Source: Acaryochloris marina S15
Lineage (GTDB): Bacteria > Cyanobacteriota > Cyanobacteriia > Thermosynechococcales > Thermosynechococcaceae
Reading direction: 5' to 3'
Assembly: GCF_018336915.1 (NCBI RefSeq)
Contig: NZ_CP064923.1
Coordinates: forward strand, 5,130,001-5,162,000
Length of the DNA stretch: 32,000 bases
A program made the position numbers and the translations under genes. Below the pieces are notes generated by a model. The model was not told the DNA's origin. It made no database searches and saw only the letters and a program-made list of their open reading frames with translations. Shown here in pieces: positions 1 to 10,558 of this stretch (position 1 is its first letter; each line of letters opens with the position of its first letter).

Positions 1-856
<856 letters not shown>

Positions 857-868
857 TCAGAGGTGGGG

Positions 869-2107
869 CTAGCTACTGGGAATTACGCTATTTTCTGGGT
901 TCACCAAACGCAAGAGCTTTTGCTTAATTTGGGTATCGTAGACACTCCACTTCAGCTTAGCGAAATCCGAATTCTCATTTAAGCCCGACAAAAAGCCCAT
1001 GGGGATTTCAAATCCCCCTGCAAGGGAGCGACCACCCCCAAAAAAGCGGCCATGGGTATCTTGGCCAAAGGCCTCTTTGATAAATTCATCCGGGTCAAGG
1101 GTAATTTTCGTGGTGCGCAAGGACCCAACCACCAGTTCTAGGTCTTCATCTTCATCATGGACAATGCCATATACCACAGCTGTATGGACATTATCTTCCG
1201 TGACTAAAAAATCTGCGGCTTGAGGAATCGCATCACGATTGTCATAGCGGAGAAACCCCACCCCCGCAATCGTTACATTGTTATAAACGCTGCGATTTTT
1301 GAGAGCACTCTCAATCACATCCATCACCTGCTTTGACCGCGAGGACTGGAGAACCGTATTCAGTAACTGGCTGTCATAGAAGCGGCTCAGGTAGGCAGCT
1401 GCCAGAAAATCTTCTTCCTGGGCTTGCCTAAGGAAATTAGTGTCGGAGCGTAGCCCATGCATCAGTGCAGTTGCACAATGCACATGTTCACTAACGCTGC
1501 TATCAAACTCTAGTAAACCGGCCCGGAGATATTGGGTGAGGATAGTTGCTGTGGCTCGGGTATTCGGCCGCACATCCGTAAATTCAGCTTCAACCCCTTC
1601 TTGCAAACTATGGTGATCGATGATGATAGTGATCGGAATATTCGCTGCCTGCAAAGTCGGCAGCAATTGGCTGGTGGTGCCTTGATTATCAATCAAGACA
1701 CAGCCCTGGTAAGCCGATAAATCTTTTCCTTTCGTTTTAGGAGACTGACAAGCCCATCGTTGCACGGGCAGGTTGGTCAACTTTACAAGGGCAATGTTTT
1801 CTTGATGACTGAGGGTACCAGCGTAGAGAATCTCACATTGGATATCAAACTGTTCCGCAATGAGCTTATAGGCCCATGCAGAAGAAAGGGCGTCTGGATC
1901 TGGAAAATCTTGTAAAACGACGAGTTGCGAGTCGCCCCGATGGCTTTCGAGAATCTTGGCAAATGCGTCAGCGCGCTGTTCCTGGGCTCGCCCATTCAGG
2001 CTCGTGAGATTACTGGAAGACCGAGAGCCAAGTTTTTCAGACGAATTGAGATTGGCTGAACGGGCTTCTGGTTTAGGGTCAACTGACTTCAAAGAAGTTG
2101 AAACCAT
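869..2107 (-). CDS. DHH/DHHA1-family phosphoesterase (NrnA-like)
   Basis: 412-aa ORF with the DHH motif ITIIIDHHS, an upstream VLQDFPDPDALSS Asp-rich motif, and a C-terminal GGGRSLAGGFEIP resembling the DHHA1 GGGH motif. Confidence 0.8.
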   Translation of the reverse strand: MVSTSLKSVDPKPEARSANLNSSEKLGSRSSSNLTSLNGRAQEQRADAFAKILESHRGDSQLVVLQDFPDPDALSSAWAYKLIAEQFDIQCEILYAGTLSHQENIALVKLTNLPVQRWACQSPKTKGKDLSAYQGCVLIDNQGTTSQLLPTLQAANIPITIIIDHHSLQEGVEAEFTDVRPNTRATATILTQYLRAGLLEFDSSVSEHVHCATALMHGLRSDTNFLRQAQEEDFLAAAYLSRFYDSQLLNTVLQSSRSKQVMDVIESALKNRSVYNNVTIAGVGFLRYDNRDAIPQAADFLVTEDNVHTAVVYGIVHDEDEDLELVVGSLRTTKITLDPDEFIKEAFGQDTHGRFFGGGRSLAGGFEIPMGFLSGLNENSDFAKLKWSVYDTQIKQKLLRLVNPENSVIPSS

Positions 2108-2384
2108 AGTAAAAACCTAATGTTAGGTAGGAGTAATATTCAGATGGAACAATAGACACGGACAGAACCGCTTTATCAAGACAAAGCCAGTTCTGAAGAT
2201 TATCATGAATCGCTAGGATTGGGATCGGTGCTAACAACCCTGCAGGGAAGCACCTTCTGTTCATATACCTTTTATTTTCAGCGATCTTATTCGAAAAAAC
2301 CATCACCTTATTGTGAGGATACCCCTAAAGTTATGGGGAGGAATACTCGCCTTCTTGGCCTAGACATGAAGGCATCACAGCAAA

Positions 2385-2882
2385 TCACATCCCAATCACA
2401 TACTTACGCCATTCTTGATGAACCCCATTTCGTAGATGCTTGGTGACCTCAAAGTACAAGCTACTGTAGGGACGACGAGGCGTTTGTTTCAGGCTCATCC
2501 GAGCTTCTTTGGGGGTACGATTGCCTTTTTTGACATTACAGCGCACACAGGCCGTCACGATGTTGTCCCAGGTATCTCCTCCCTTTCGTGATCGAGGCAT
2601 CACATGATCAAGGGTTAAATCATCGCCAGAATGCCCACAATATTGACAGGTATGGCTATCGCGATGCAGTAAGTTTCGGCGAGTTAAAGGAATTTCTTTG
2701 TAAGGAACACGCACGTATTGGCGCAGCCGAATGACTGTTGGCAAGGGAAAGTCTCGATACACAAACTTACCGTTGTGTTCTACTTGCTCAGCCTTCTCTT
2801 TCAGGACTAAAACAACCGCACGACGCCAACTGGTGATATTCAGCGGTTCATAGGAGGCATTCAGAACGAGAACTTTGCCCAT
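2385..2882 (-). CDS. HNH endonuclease
   Basis: HTCQYCGHSGDDLTLDHVMPRSRKGGDTWDNIVTACVRCNVKKGNRTP is a classic CxxC...DH...N...CxxC HNH core. I prefer the internal ATG at 2882 (MGKVLVLNASYEPL) over the ORF-track start at 2939, because the extra 19 residues look non-conserved. The start is uncertain. Confidence 0.8.
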   Translation of the reverse strand: MGKVLVLNASYEPLNITSWRRAVVLVLKEKAEQVEHNGKFVYRDFPLPTVIRLRQYVRVPYKEIPLTRRNLLHRDSHTCQYCGHSGDDLTLDHVMPRSRKGGDTWDNIVTACVRCNVKKGNRTPKEARMSLKQTPRRPYSSLYFEVTKHLRNGVHQEWRKYVIGM

Positions 2883-3374
2883 GAATCCTTGCCCAAGCAG
2901 ATCTGATACAGATAGTAGCACATACCCCATGAAACCCATGATTGGGAAGTACTTAGGCCTATTTTTAGGCGCTGACGGTAAATACCCCCAAAACGTTACG
3001 GTTGTCCCAACGACAGTCTGTAGCGGTGCTGTCTATAGTGATGAATGTATTGATTCAGCAAACCAAGTCCTGGAAATTGTGATGGGGTAACCCTAACCCT
3101 TTCCGGCTGACGGCTCCCCACTGGTGCTGCCCTACCGCAAAGTCCTTTGATGACAGTTCGGTGGACCCCACAGCACTAAAACCGTCTACACCAGGTTCGG
3201 TAAATACGCCTTCAAGATCTGGCTGGGAAAGCCAAGTATAGAGGTAAGTTAACCATCCCACGACGCTCGCCATTAGTACATAAAAACTATTGCTCCGTCA
3301 ATGGGTATTCTAGAACCCGGTCAGTGACCTGTTTGCTTAACAGACAATTTTTTAGAAGGAGCCTGTAAAAACCT

Positions 3375-5285
3375 ATGGCAAAAGTTGTTGGAATAGATTT
3401 AGGAACCACTAACTCTTGCGTAGCAGTGATGGAAGGGGGCAAACCCACGGTCATTGCCAACGCAGAAGGATTCCGGACAACCCCCTCCGTCGTTGCTTTT
3501 GCAAAAAATGGTGATCGTCTCGTCGGTCAGATTGCGAAGCGTCAGTCGGTCATGAACCCCGAAAACACGTTTTACTCGGTTAAGCGATTCATCGGCCGTC
3601 GTCAAGACGAAGTCACCCATGAAACAACTGAGGTCTCCTACCAAGTCCTCACTGAGGGTGGCAGCATTAAAGTAGACTGCCCTGCAGCAGGCAAGAAGTT
3701 TGCCCCTGAAGAAATTTCAGCCCAGGTGCTCCGCAAATTAGTCGATGACGCCAGTAAGTATTTAGGCGAAAAAGTGACTCAGGCGGTCATTACTGTTCCC
3801 GCCTATTTCAATGATTCCCAACGCCAAGCCACGAAAGATGCAGGCAAGATTGCCGGTGTGGAAGTGCTGCGGATTATCAACGAGCCGACCGCTGCTTCTC
3901 TCGCCTATGGATTAGACAAGAAAAGCAACGAAACCATTTTGGTCTTTGACTTAGGGGGAGGAACCTTCGACGTCTCCGTCCTCGAAGTGGGTGATGGTGT
4001 GTTTGAAGTACTCTCTACCTCTGGTGATACTCACTTGGGTGGGGATGACTTCGATAAGCAGATTGTGGATTACTTGGCAGCAGAGTTTCAGAAAGCCGAA
4101 GGCATTGACCTGCGCAAAGATAAGCAGGCCCTGCAACGACTGACTGAGGCAGCAGAAAAAGCCAAGATTGAGCTGTCTAATGTCACTCAAGCGGATATCA
4201 ACCTTCCCTTTATCACTGCGACTCAGGATGGTCCTAAGCATTTAGACACCACCTTGACCCGTGCCAAGTTTGAAGAGCTTTGCGCTGATTTGATCGATCG
4301 CTGTCGGATTCCTGTTGAGAATGCCGTTCGTGACGCCAAAATCGATAAGAGCGCTCTCGATGAAGTGGTGATGGTGGGTGGTTCCACCCGAATTCCTGCA
4401 GTACTGGAAGTCGTTAAGAAAGTCCTCGATAAAACCCCCAACCAATCCGTTAACCCGGATGAAGTGGTTGCTGTGGGTGCCGCGATTCAGGCGGGTGTCC
4501 TGGCCGGTGAAGTCAAGGATATTCTCTTGCTGGACGTCACTCCCCTCTCCTTGGGTGTTGAAACCCTGGGTGGCGTGATGACCAAACTGATTCCTAGAAA
4601 CACTACGATTCCGACCAAGAAATCGGAAGTGTTCTCAACGGCGGTCGATGGCCAAACCAATGTGGAGATCCATGTACTCCAGGGTGAGCGGGAAATGTCC
4701 ACAGACAACAAGAGTCTGGGAACCTTCCGCTTAGATGGGATTCCCCCAGCTCCCCGAGGCGTTCCTCAAATTGAAGTTATCTTCGATATTGATGCCAACG
4801 GTATTCTCAATGTCACTGCCAAGGAAAAAGGCACTGGCAAAGAGCAATCCATTAGCATTACGGGTGCTTCTACCTTGTCTGATTCTGAAGTCGACAAGAT
4901 GGTTCAAGATGCAGAACAAAATGCCTCTGTAGACAAAGAACGTCGCGAGAAAATCGAGACCAAGAACCAGGCCGATACGTTGGTCTACCAATCCGAGAAG
5001 CAATTGTCTGAGCTAGGCGATAAGGTTTCCGGTGAGGATAAAGAGAAGGCTGAAGGTCTTATCAAAGATCTGAAAGAAGCCGTCGCCAGTGAAAACCATG
5101 AGCAAATGCAGTCTCTAACGACTGAGTTGCAGCAAGCCCTATACAGCATCAGCACTCAGCTTTATCAACAAGAGGGGGATGCAGCGGCCGCAGGAGCACC
5201 TGAAGGGGCAGCACCTGATGAGCCCAGCGACTCTGCTGGTGGCGAAGATGATGTCATTGATGCTGATTTCACTGAAACCAACTAG
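3375..5285 (+). CDS. dnaK: Molecular chaperone DnaK (Hsp70)
   Basis: 636-aa ORF with Hsp70 signatures [28 protein letters not shown] and [13 protein letters not shown], and an acidic tail [10 protein letters not shown]. An AGGAG-like Shine-Dalgarno sequence lies upstream. Confidence 0.97.
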   Translation: MAKVVGIDLGTTNSCVAVMEGGKPTVIANAEGFRTTPSVVAFAKNGDRLVGQIAKRQSVMNPENTFYSVKRFIGRRQDEVTHETTEVSYQVLTEGGSIKVDCPAAGKKFAPEEISAQVLRKLVDDASKYLGEKVTQAVITVPAYFNDSQRQATKDAGKIAGVEVLRIINEPTAASLAYGLDKKSNETILVFDLGGGTFDVSVLEVGDGVFEVLSTSGDTHLGGDDFDKQIVDYLAAEFQKAEGIDLRKDKQALQRLTEAAEKAKIELSNVTQADINLPFITATQDGPKHLDTTLTRAKFEELCADLIDRCRIPVENAVRDAKIDKSALDEVVMVGGSTRIPAVLEVVKKVLDKTPNQSVNPDEVVAVGAAIQAGVLAGEVKDILLLDVTPLSLGVETLGGVMTKLIPRNTTIPTKKSEVFSTAVDGQTNVEIHVLQGEREMSTDNKSLGTFRLDGIPPAPRGVPQIEVIFDIDANGILNVTAKEKGTGKEQSISITGASTLSDSEVDKMVQDAEQNASVDKERREKIETKNQADTLVYQSEKQLSELGDKVSGEDKEKAEGLIKDLKEAVASENHEQMQSLTTELQQALYSISTQLYQQEGDAAAAGAPEGAAPDEPSDSAGGEDDVIDADFTETN

Positions 5286-5355
5286 GTTCCTCGATCCATC
5301 GACTCTAGTGAACCGATGGATCAGCTTTAAAGTTTAGGTTCTTATTACTCCTTCT

Positions 5356-5390
5356 AAACTCTGCTCTTGTTGTAAGGGCAGAGTTTTTGT
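5356..5390 (+). terminator. Rho-independent terminator downstream of dnaK
   Basis: AAACTCTGC (5356-5364) pairs perfectly with GCAGAGTTT (5378-5386). The stem can extend by C:G and G:U pairs and is followed by a T-run (5384-5388). Confidence 0.6.
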
Positions 5391-5408
5391 CATTGAAGTC
5401 TTTTCCCC

Positions 5409-5696
5409 ATGAACTTCTTCAGGCGTAATGCGCAGGCAAGTTGTATGGCGGATAACTCAGCTCATGCTCTAGTAATGTGGGTTTACCTAATCCCCACTGT
5501 TATCCTGTTGAAGACTTGGTTGTGCTGGGATAACTATCGCCAGTTGGGTGGGTTTCTGGGACCTGCTAAGTTTGCGATCGCAAACCGTAACTATGATGGC
5601 TTAATCAGTGGCGTTGCCAACTTCATCCACTACAGCTTCCAAAATATTCATCTACTTCAGCCTGTGGATATCCTGTGGAAAAAGGATGTGGATTAG
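5409..5696 (+). CDS. Hypothetical protein (95 aa), weakly supported
   Basis: ORF only, with no recognisable motif. A HIP1 site at 5574-5581 is read as Ala-Ile-Ala (FAIAN), the frame HIP1 usually occupies in real cyanobacterial genes. Confidence 0.3.
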   Translation: MNFFRRNAQASCMADNSAHALVMWVYLIPTVILLKTWLCWDNYRQLGGFLGPAKFAIANRNYDGLISGVANFIHYSFQNIHLLQPVDILWKKDVD

Positions 5697-5730
5697 TCTC
5701 TAACGACTGGTTTGCAAGATGTCTATCATA

Positions 5731-6872
5731 CCAAATCCGATTTATATAACTCCGATATAATTCATAATTAGAGAATGCCAAGAAAACTGTATCTCGAACC
5801 TCATTTTTCGCCTGAGGAGCTGAAGTCTCATTATCGGGCCAGCCAAGACCCAGTAGAATCGCGCCGCTGGCATCTGCTGTGGCTCGTCAGTGAGCAAACA
5901 AAGCTAACTCAAGCAGCCCAAGTGGTCGGTCTCAACTACGATTACGCCCGAGAAATTGTTAGAGAGTATAACCGCAATGGAGCTAATGGATTACGCAACC
6001 GACGCAAAGATAAACGACCTTACCAATCTCGCAGTCTCCTGACTCAAGACCAATGTGCACAATTGTCGACTCGTCTCCAAACCCCACCTGCCGACGGTGG
6101 TCTATGGAACGGGCCAAAAGTAGCACAGGTCATCGCCCAAATGACAGGAGTTGAGAAGGTTTGGCCCCAACGAGGTTGGGACTATCTCAAGCGATTGGAG
6201 CAGTCCCTTCAATGCCCACGTCCTCATCATCGTAAAGGCGACCCAGAGGCACAAGCCGCCTTTAAAAAAACTGCCTGAGTGCAAAGCAGAATTGGAGCGA
6301 CGCTATCCTGATGCTCAAGTCGAAGTGTGGTCTTTTGATGAACACCGCTTAGGCCTTAAACCCATCATTCGAAAGATCTGGGCACCTGTAGGTCAGCGTC
6401 CGATTGCTGAGGTGGACCATCGCTACGAATGGGCCTATCTTTATGGATTCGTTCACCCCGCAACAGGCGACACTGAATGGTTCATTCTGCCTCGGGTGAA
6501 TGGAGAATGGTTTAATCAAGCCCTGCAAAGCTTTGCTCAGCAAGTTGGAGCGGGACAGCACAAACAGATTCTTCTCGTTCTAGATGGTGCAGGATGGCAT
6601 ACCTGTAAAAATCTGGTGGTACCTAAAGGCATTCATCTGAAGGTTTTACCTCCCTATTCTCCAGAACTACAGCCCGCTGAACGATTGTGGCGGCTAGCGG
6701 ATGAACCAATCGCCAATCGATGCTTTGAGACCCTCGATGCTCTCGAAGATGTGCTCGAGGAGCGCTGTCGAACTTTAATGACCATGCAATCAGACATTAA
6801 AGCTCTCACTTACTACCATTGGTGGCCAGTTTGACCGATGAGATATTTCAGGGGTTAATAAGTCGGATTTGG
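5731..6872 (+). mobile_element. IS630-family insertion sequence, complete (1142 bp) with TA target duplication
   Basis: Left end CCAAATCCGATTTATATAAC (5731-5750) matches the reverse complement of the right end CCAAATCCGACTTAT-TAAC (6872-6854). The first 10 nt are identical, then there is one mismatch and one indel. TA flanks both ends (5729-5730 and 6873-6874), as expected for IS630/Tc1-mariner elements. The element encodes an IS630-type DDE transposase. Confidence 0.85.
5775..6834 (+). CDS. IS630-family transposase in two overlapping frames (5775-6278, then frame +1 to 6834); needs a frame change at the A7 run 6264-6270
   Basis: The N-terminal HTH part (frame 0) ends ...DPEAQAAFKKTA*. The catalytic part (frame +1) continues from LKKLPECKAELERRYPDAQVEVWSFDEHRLGLKP through LVLDGAGWH to PPYSPELQPAERLW (DD..E region). 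The join AAFKK|LPE falls exactly on TTTAAAAAAAC. Confidence 0.8.
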
Positions 6873-7259
6873 TATCACACCCTATTTGAGACACTCATGG
6901 GGATAGCATGCCGTAGTCAGTTAGCCCGATCCACCCCCTTCGTTATCCAATGGAATCGTCCTGGTAACCGTGAGCTTTCTATTGCAATGTCTGGCGTTAA
7001 TAGCAAAAGCCTCAGCCTTGGTACACACTCTACTTTTCGCCACTCATCACACCTTTGAGACACAAAGATGATTACTACAATGCGTTCTTAAGAAGCGCAA
7101 GAGATCACAGATGTATACATCACTAACAAACTGCACACACTAAATTTAAGATAGGAATCAACGACTAACCAACATCACCCAGACGGGGAAAACAAAATAG
7201 TTGCGGCAAGTTTTGAGGGTTAGCGTGATCAGCGTTAGACAAATTAGGGGGAAATAATC

Positions 7260-8645
7260 ATGCGTACTTATCAGCCTCGAGAACAGAAGTCTTACAAACC
7301 TCTAACGGCTCCAGCCAAGTCCACCAAACCTAATCAAACACCAGTCCAGACAACCTCGACAACATCCACAAAATCGAATGAAGAAGGGTTAGCTGAATGG
7401 GCAGCCCAGCAACAGAAATGGGCAAGGTTAGGCAATCCACTGTTGAATACGCCACCATCAGGAACCACAGCCCAACCTTGGCTGCAGCCCAAACTAACTC
7501 TCGGTGAACCCAATGATAAGTATGAACAGGAAGCCAATCGAGTCGCCTCTCAAGTGGTGAACACCCTTCATCGTTCTGCACTCACTGCCAGTCCTCCCAA
7601 GGAAACCGATACCGATCGCACACTACAGACAAAGTCAGAGAATAACGCCGTCTCCTCTAACCTAGAAACGGCTATTCAGTCAGCTAAAGGCGGCGGACAA
7701 CCCTTAGAGGCCAAACTACAACGGACGATGGGACAGGCCATGGAGGCAGATTTTAGCCAGGTTCGGGTCCATACAGATACGAAATCCCATCAGTTCAATC
7801 AGGCCATTCAAGCCAAAGCCTTTACAACAGGACAGGATCTATTCTTCCGCCAGGGCACTTATCAGCCAGGGAACCGAGAAGGCCAAGCCTTAATTGCCCA
7901 TGAACTAACCCATGTCATTCAGCAAAATGGTAGCGGGCTACATCGATCGCCCCAGCAAACCGCTCAGCCAATCCATCGCATGGGGGTAGATCTTCAAAAA
8001 TCCTTCTATGTTCAGAAAGATCCCATCGAAGACACGGTCATGGATACGGATACCGAAAGTCTAAAATCAGATATCGATACAGCGATGGGAAAAATCAAGA
8101 AGAAAATCTTGGAGATTACCAAGGAATCTGACAAAGCTAAGAAGAGTCTAGAAAAATCTGGCCGTGACTGGATGGTCTATGCCCCCTTGGCAAGCTGGAA
8201 ATATAATATGTTGGGATTACTCGAAAACTGGGACACATCCTGGAGCTTAGAAGATACATCTGGATTGCTCTTAGATATTGGAATTGCCATGAAGGGTCTG
8301 GCAGAAGAAGGCAAGGAATCCAAGGAAAAAATCATGAATGATTACATGAGTCAGACGCGAAACTCCAGCAAGAAGGTCGATAAAGGCAGCAAGTGGGCAA
8401 AAGATATGCCTGAAGGAACGCAAATGCAAGCGGGCGTATCGGCGACAACAGGCAACTTACTCAAAACGCTGCGCTGGCTCAATGTCAATGGTCTTGAAGA
8501 AATAGAAGCCATTATGAATGGCATTATTAAGTACTGGAAAAATTCCAAACTTAAGCAGGCGCTTGGGCAGTACCATACGGCGGCAGAAGTGTGGACTGCC
8601 TATACTTATCACCTAGAAAAGTATGTCTTGAAAACTGATGAATAG
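7260..8645 (+). CDS. DUF4157 (HExxH, eCIS/polymorphic-toxin-associated) domain protein with uncharacterised C-terminal domain
   Basis: PKLTLGEPNDKYEQEANRVASQVV, then GGGQPLEAKLQRTMGQAMEADFSQVRVHTDTKSHQFNQAIQAKAFTTGQDLFFRQGTYQPGNREGQALIAHELTHVIQQ, matches the DUF4157 pattern as I remember it. HELTH is encoded at 7899-7913. Residues ~241-461 are Lys/Glu/Trp-rich and helical, with no motif I recognise. Confidence 0.85.
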   Translation: MRTYQPREQKSYKPLTAPAKSTKPNQTPVQTTSTTSTKSNEEGLAEWAAQQQKWARLGNPLLNTPPSGTTAQPWLQPKLTLGEPNDKYEQEANRVASQVVNTLHRSALTASPPKETDTDRTLQTKSENNAVSSNLETAIQSAKGGGQPLEAKLQRTMGQAMEADFSQVRVHTDTKSHQFNQAIQAKAFTTGQDLFFRQGTYQPGNREGQALIAHELTHVIQQNGSGLHRSPQQTAQPIHRMGVDLQKSFYVQKDPIEDTVMDTDTESLKSDIDTAMGKIKKKILEITKESDKAKKSLEKSGRDWMVYAPLASWKYNMLGLLENWDTSWSLEDTSGLLLDIGIAMKGLAEEGKESKEKIMNDYMSQTRNSSKKVDKGSKWAKDMPEGTQMQAGVSATTGNLLKTLRWLNVNGLEEIEAIMNGIIKYWKNSKLKQALGQYHTAAEVWTAYTYHLEKYVLKTDE

Positions 8646-8714
8646 GACTGAGCCTACAAAATTATCCTTCACAGTTTGCGAATGTAAAACTGGTATCAGC
8701 TGGAGCCAGAGTCT

Positions 8715-9377
8715 ATGGCGTCCAAGGACTGGGAAGCAGTAGATGACTATTTCGAGGATCTTTTAATATCGGCAGATCCAGTTCTGGAGACGGCATTACA
8801 GGACAGTGATGCTGCTGGTTTACCTCCACACCATGTCACTCCCAATCAGGGAAAGTTATTGCACCTATTAATTCAAATACAGGGAGCCCGTCGAGTCCTG
8901 GAGATTGGAACATTAGGTGGCTACAGCACTATTTGGTTAGCTCGGGCTTTACCGACCGATGGCTATTTGGTAACCCTGGAAGCTAATCCACACCATGCTG
9001 AGGTCGCTCGCAGTAATCTTGCCCGAGCGAATCTGCTGGATACAGTCGATCTCCGAGTAGGCAATGCTTTGAATCTCTTGCCTGACCTACAGCCAGCAGC
9101 CCCCTTCGATTTTATTTTTATTGATGCCGATAAGCCTAACAATCCCCACTATTTGGCATGGGCACTCCAGCTTTCTGGGCCAGGAACGGTGATTATTGGC
9201 GATAACGTTGTGCGGGACGGGGAAGTTGCCAATGCCCACAGTTCAGATCCCAAAGTGCAAGGGGTACGTACTTTCTGTGAATTGCTGGCCGCGCCCCCTC
9301 AGGTATCAGCCACTGCAATTCAAACGGTGGGAAGTAAAGGCTATGACGGATTTGCGATCGCACGAGTCACCCACTAA
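8715..9377 (+). CDS. Class I SAM-dependent O-methyltransferase (caffeoyl-CoA OMT-like family)
   Basis: VLEIGTLGGYSTIWLARAL (SAM-binding motif I), FDFIFIDADKPNNPHYL, and a size of 220 aa are typical of family-3 O-methyltransferases. Confidence 0.85.
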   Translation: MASKDWEAVDDYFEDLLISADPVLETALQDSDAAGLPPHHVTPNQGKLLHLLIQIQGARRVLEIGTLGGYSTIWLARALPTDGYLVTLEANPHHAEVARSNLARANLLDTVDLRVGNALNLLPDLQPAAPFDFIFIDADKPNNPHYLAWALQLSGPGTVIIGDNVVRDGEVANAHSSDPKVQGVRTFCELLAAPPQVSATAIQTVGSKGYDGFAIARVTH

Positions 9378-9388
9378 CGCACAGACCA

Positions 9389-9814
9389 ATGAATACCATC
9401 GAAGCCTTTGCCATTGCCCTCAATCAGCTAGATCCCGAATCCTATTCCTTCGTTTTAGATATTGATCAGTTATTGGAAACAACAGACCCAAAGATTCATC
9501 AAGATCTATACCGACCTATTTTTGACTACTTTGCTCAACATGCAACGTCATCGGTTGGTGGACCAGGCCTATTAGTCCATCATATCGAAACGTATTATCC
9601 CAACTACCGAGATACTCTCAAACACGATCTGGCCCAACGCCCATCTTGTACTACCGCTCTATTGGCCAATCGTATTCTTAACACTAATCTCTCAGCGCAA
9701 GAGCGAAGCGAATGGCTTGGACTCCTATCGGCAATCTGCAGCGATCCAGTAGTAGAACCCGAAATTCGAGCAGATGTAGAAGACTATCTGGTGTATCAGC
9801 GACAAAAAGACTAG
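9389..9814 (+). CDS. Hypothetical protein (141 aa)
   Basis: The ORF starts 11 nt after the methyltransferase stop, so it is likely co-transcribed. It is probably helical by composition and has no recognisable motif. Confidence 0.5.
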   Translation: MNTIEAFAIALNQLDPESYSFVLDIDQLLETTDPKIHQDLYRPIFDYFAQHATSSVGGPGLLVHHIETYYPNYRDTLKHDLAQRPSCTTALLANRILNTNLSAQERSEWLGLLSAICSDPVVEPEIRADVEDYLVYQRQKD

Positions 9815-10549
9815 TTGTCACCTGACAACAAGATGCTAAGTACTGGAGACGTAAGGCATCGATATGGCACAACAAATATCCCATAACCAAAGGTATTGCT
9901 TCCTTACTTCGATTCTGGCTAAAGTTTGGCCTTTAGAGCCACATATATCCTCTATTTGGCTTGACGTTGTTGCTATGAGAGGTAAATAAGGGGAAAAGGT
10001 AGCTATGGAATATTTTTAGATTCAACTTTCTAAATGGCAAAAGCTGGCAATTTAACTACTTTAAGGCTTAATGCTTTTAATTGAGCTTGAATTAAGTCTA
10101 TATATGAGTGTTTGAGTTGAATTTCTCACCAAAAATCTATCGTAATTGCTCATGGATTATATTCACCAACCGCATGAATAGAAATATTTTCGATAGCCTA
10201 TTTCAAAATAATTTAGAAATGTAAAGACATGCATATACTTCCATGAATTTATAGATAGAAAATATAGAAGCTACGAACAAAATCCCGATCATTTAAGCCT
10301 GAATAACCAACGTAATTTTATTGCTATCGAAAGCACTAGTTTTCAGTAGCAAAGCCATTACCTATGGATAAAAAATTGATCAATAACTCAACAGAAGAAA
10401 TAAGATTTAAATCTATCGATGGATGTTTAATCGCCATCAAAGATCAGCCTAAAGGTGTCATTCAATTTATTGGCAGCTTTATCTTTGGTTCTTTCCCAAA
10501 ATGTTCATATAAACCTTTATTTCAGTATTTATGGAGCCAAGGCTACACT

Positions 10550-10558
10550 CTCGTTATC
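10550..10558. repeat. Target-site duplication, left copy (CTCGTTATC)
   Basis: Identical 9-mer immediately outside both IS ends. It is read in-frame as Leu-Val-Ile in both gene halves. Confidence 0.85.

Noticed and set aside
2108-2384. 75-aa ORFs on both strands (2079-2306, 2219-2446) between the DHH and HNH genes
   Set aside because: They overlap flanking gene ends, look non-coding in composition, and have no motifs.
3055-3273. 72-aa minus-strand ORF between the HNH gene and dnaK
   Set aside because: It has no motif and no convincing ribosome-binding site, and it lies in the dnaK upstream region. I could not support it as a gene, though a small protein cannot be excluded.
3274-3374. CIRCE (TTAGCACTC-N9-GAGTGCTAA) heat-shock operator upstream of dnaK
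   Set aside because: No match to the inverted repeat is visible in the 100 nt upstream of the start codon.
6819-7058. 79-aa ORF starting inside the IS630 right end
   Set aside because: It crosses the IS terminal inverted repeat and TA junction and has no motif. It is an artefact created by the insertion.
9196-9465. 89-aa ORF overlapping the methyltransferase 3' end and the next gene
   Set aside because: It is an alternative frame of two better-supported ORFs.
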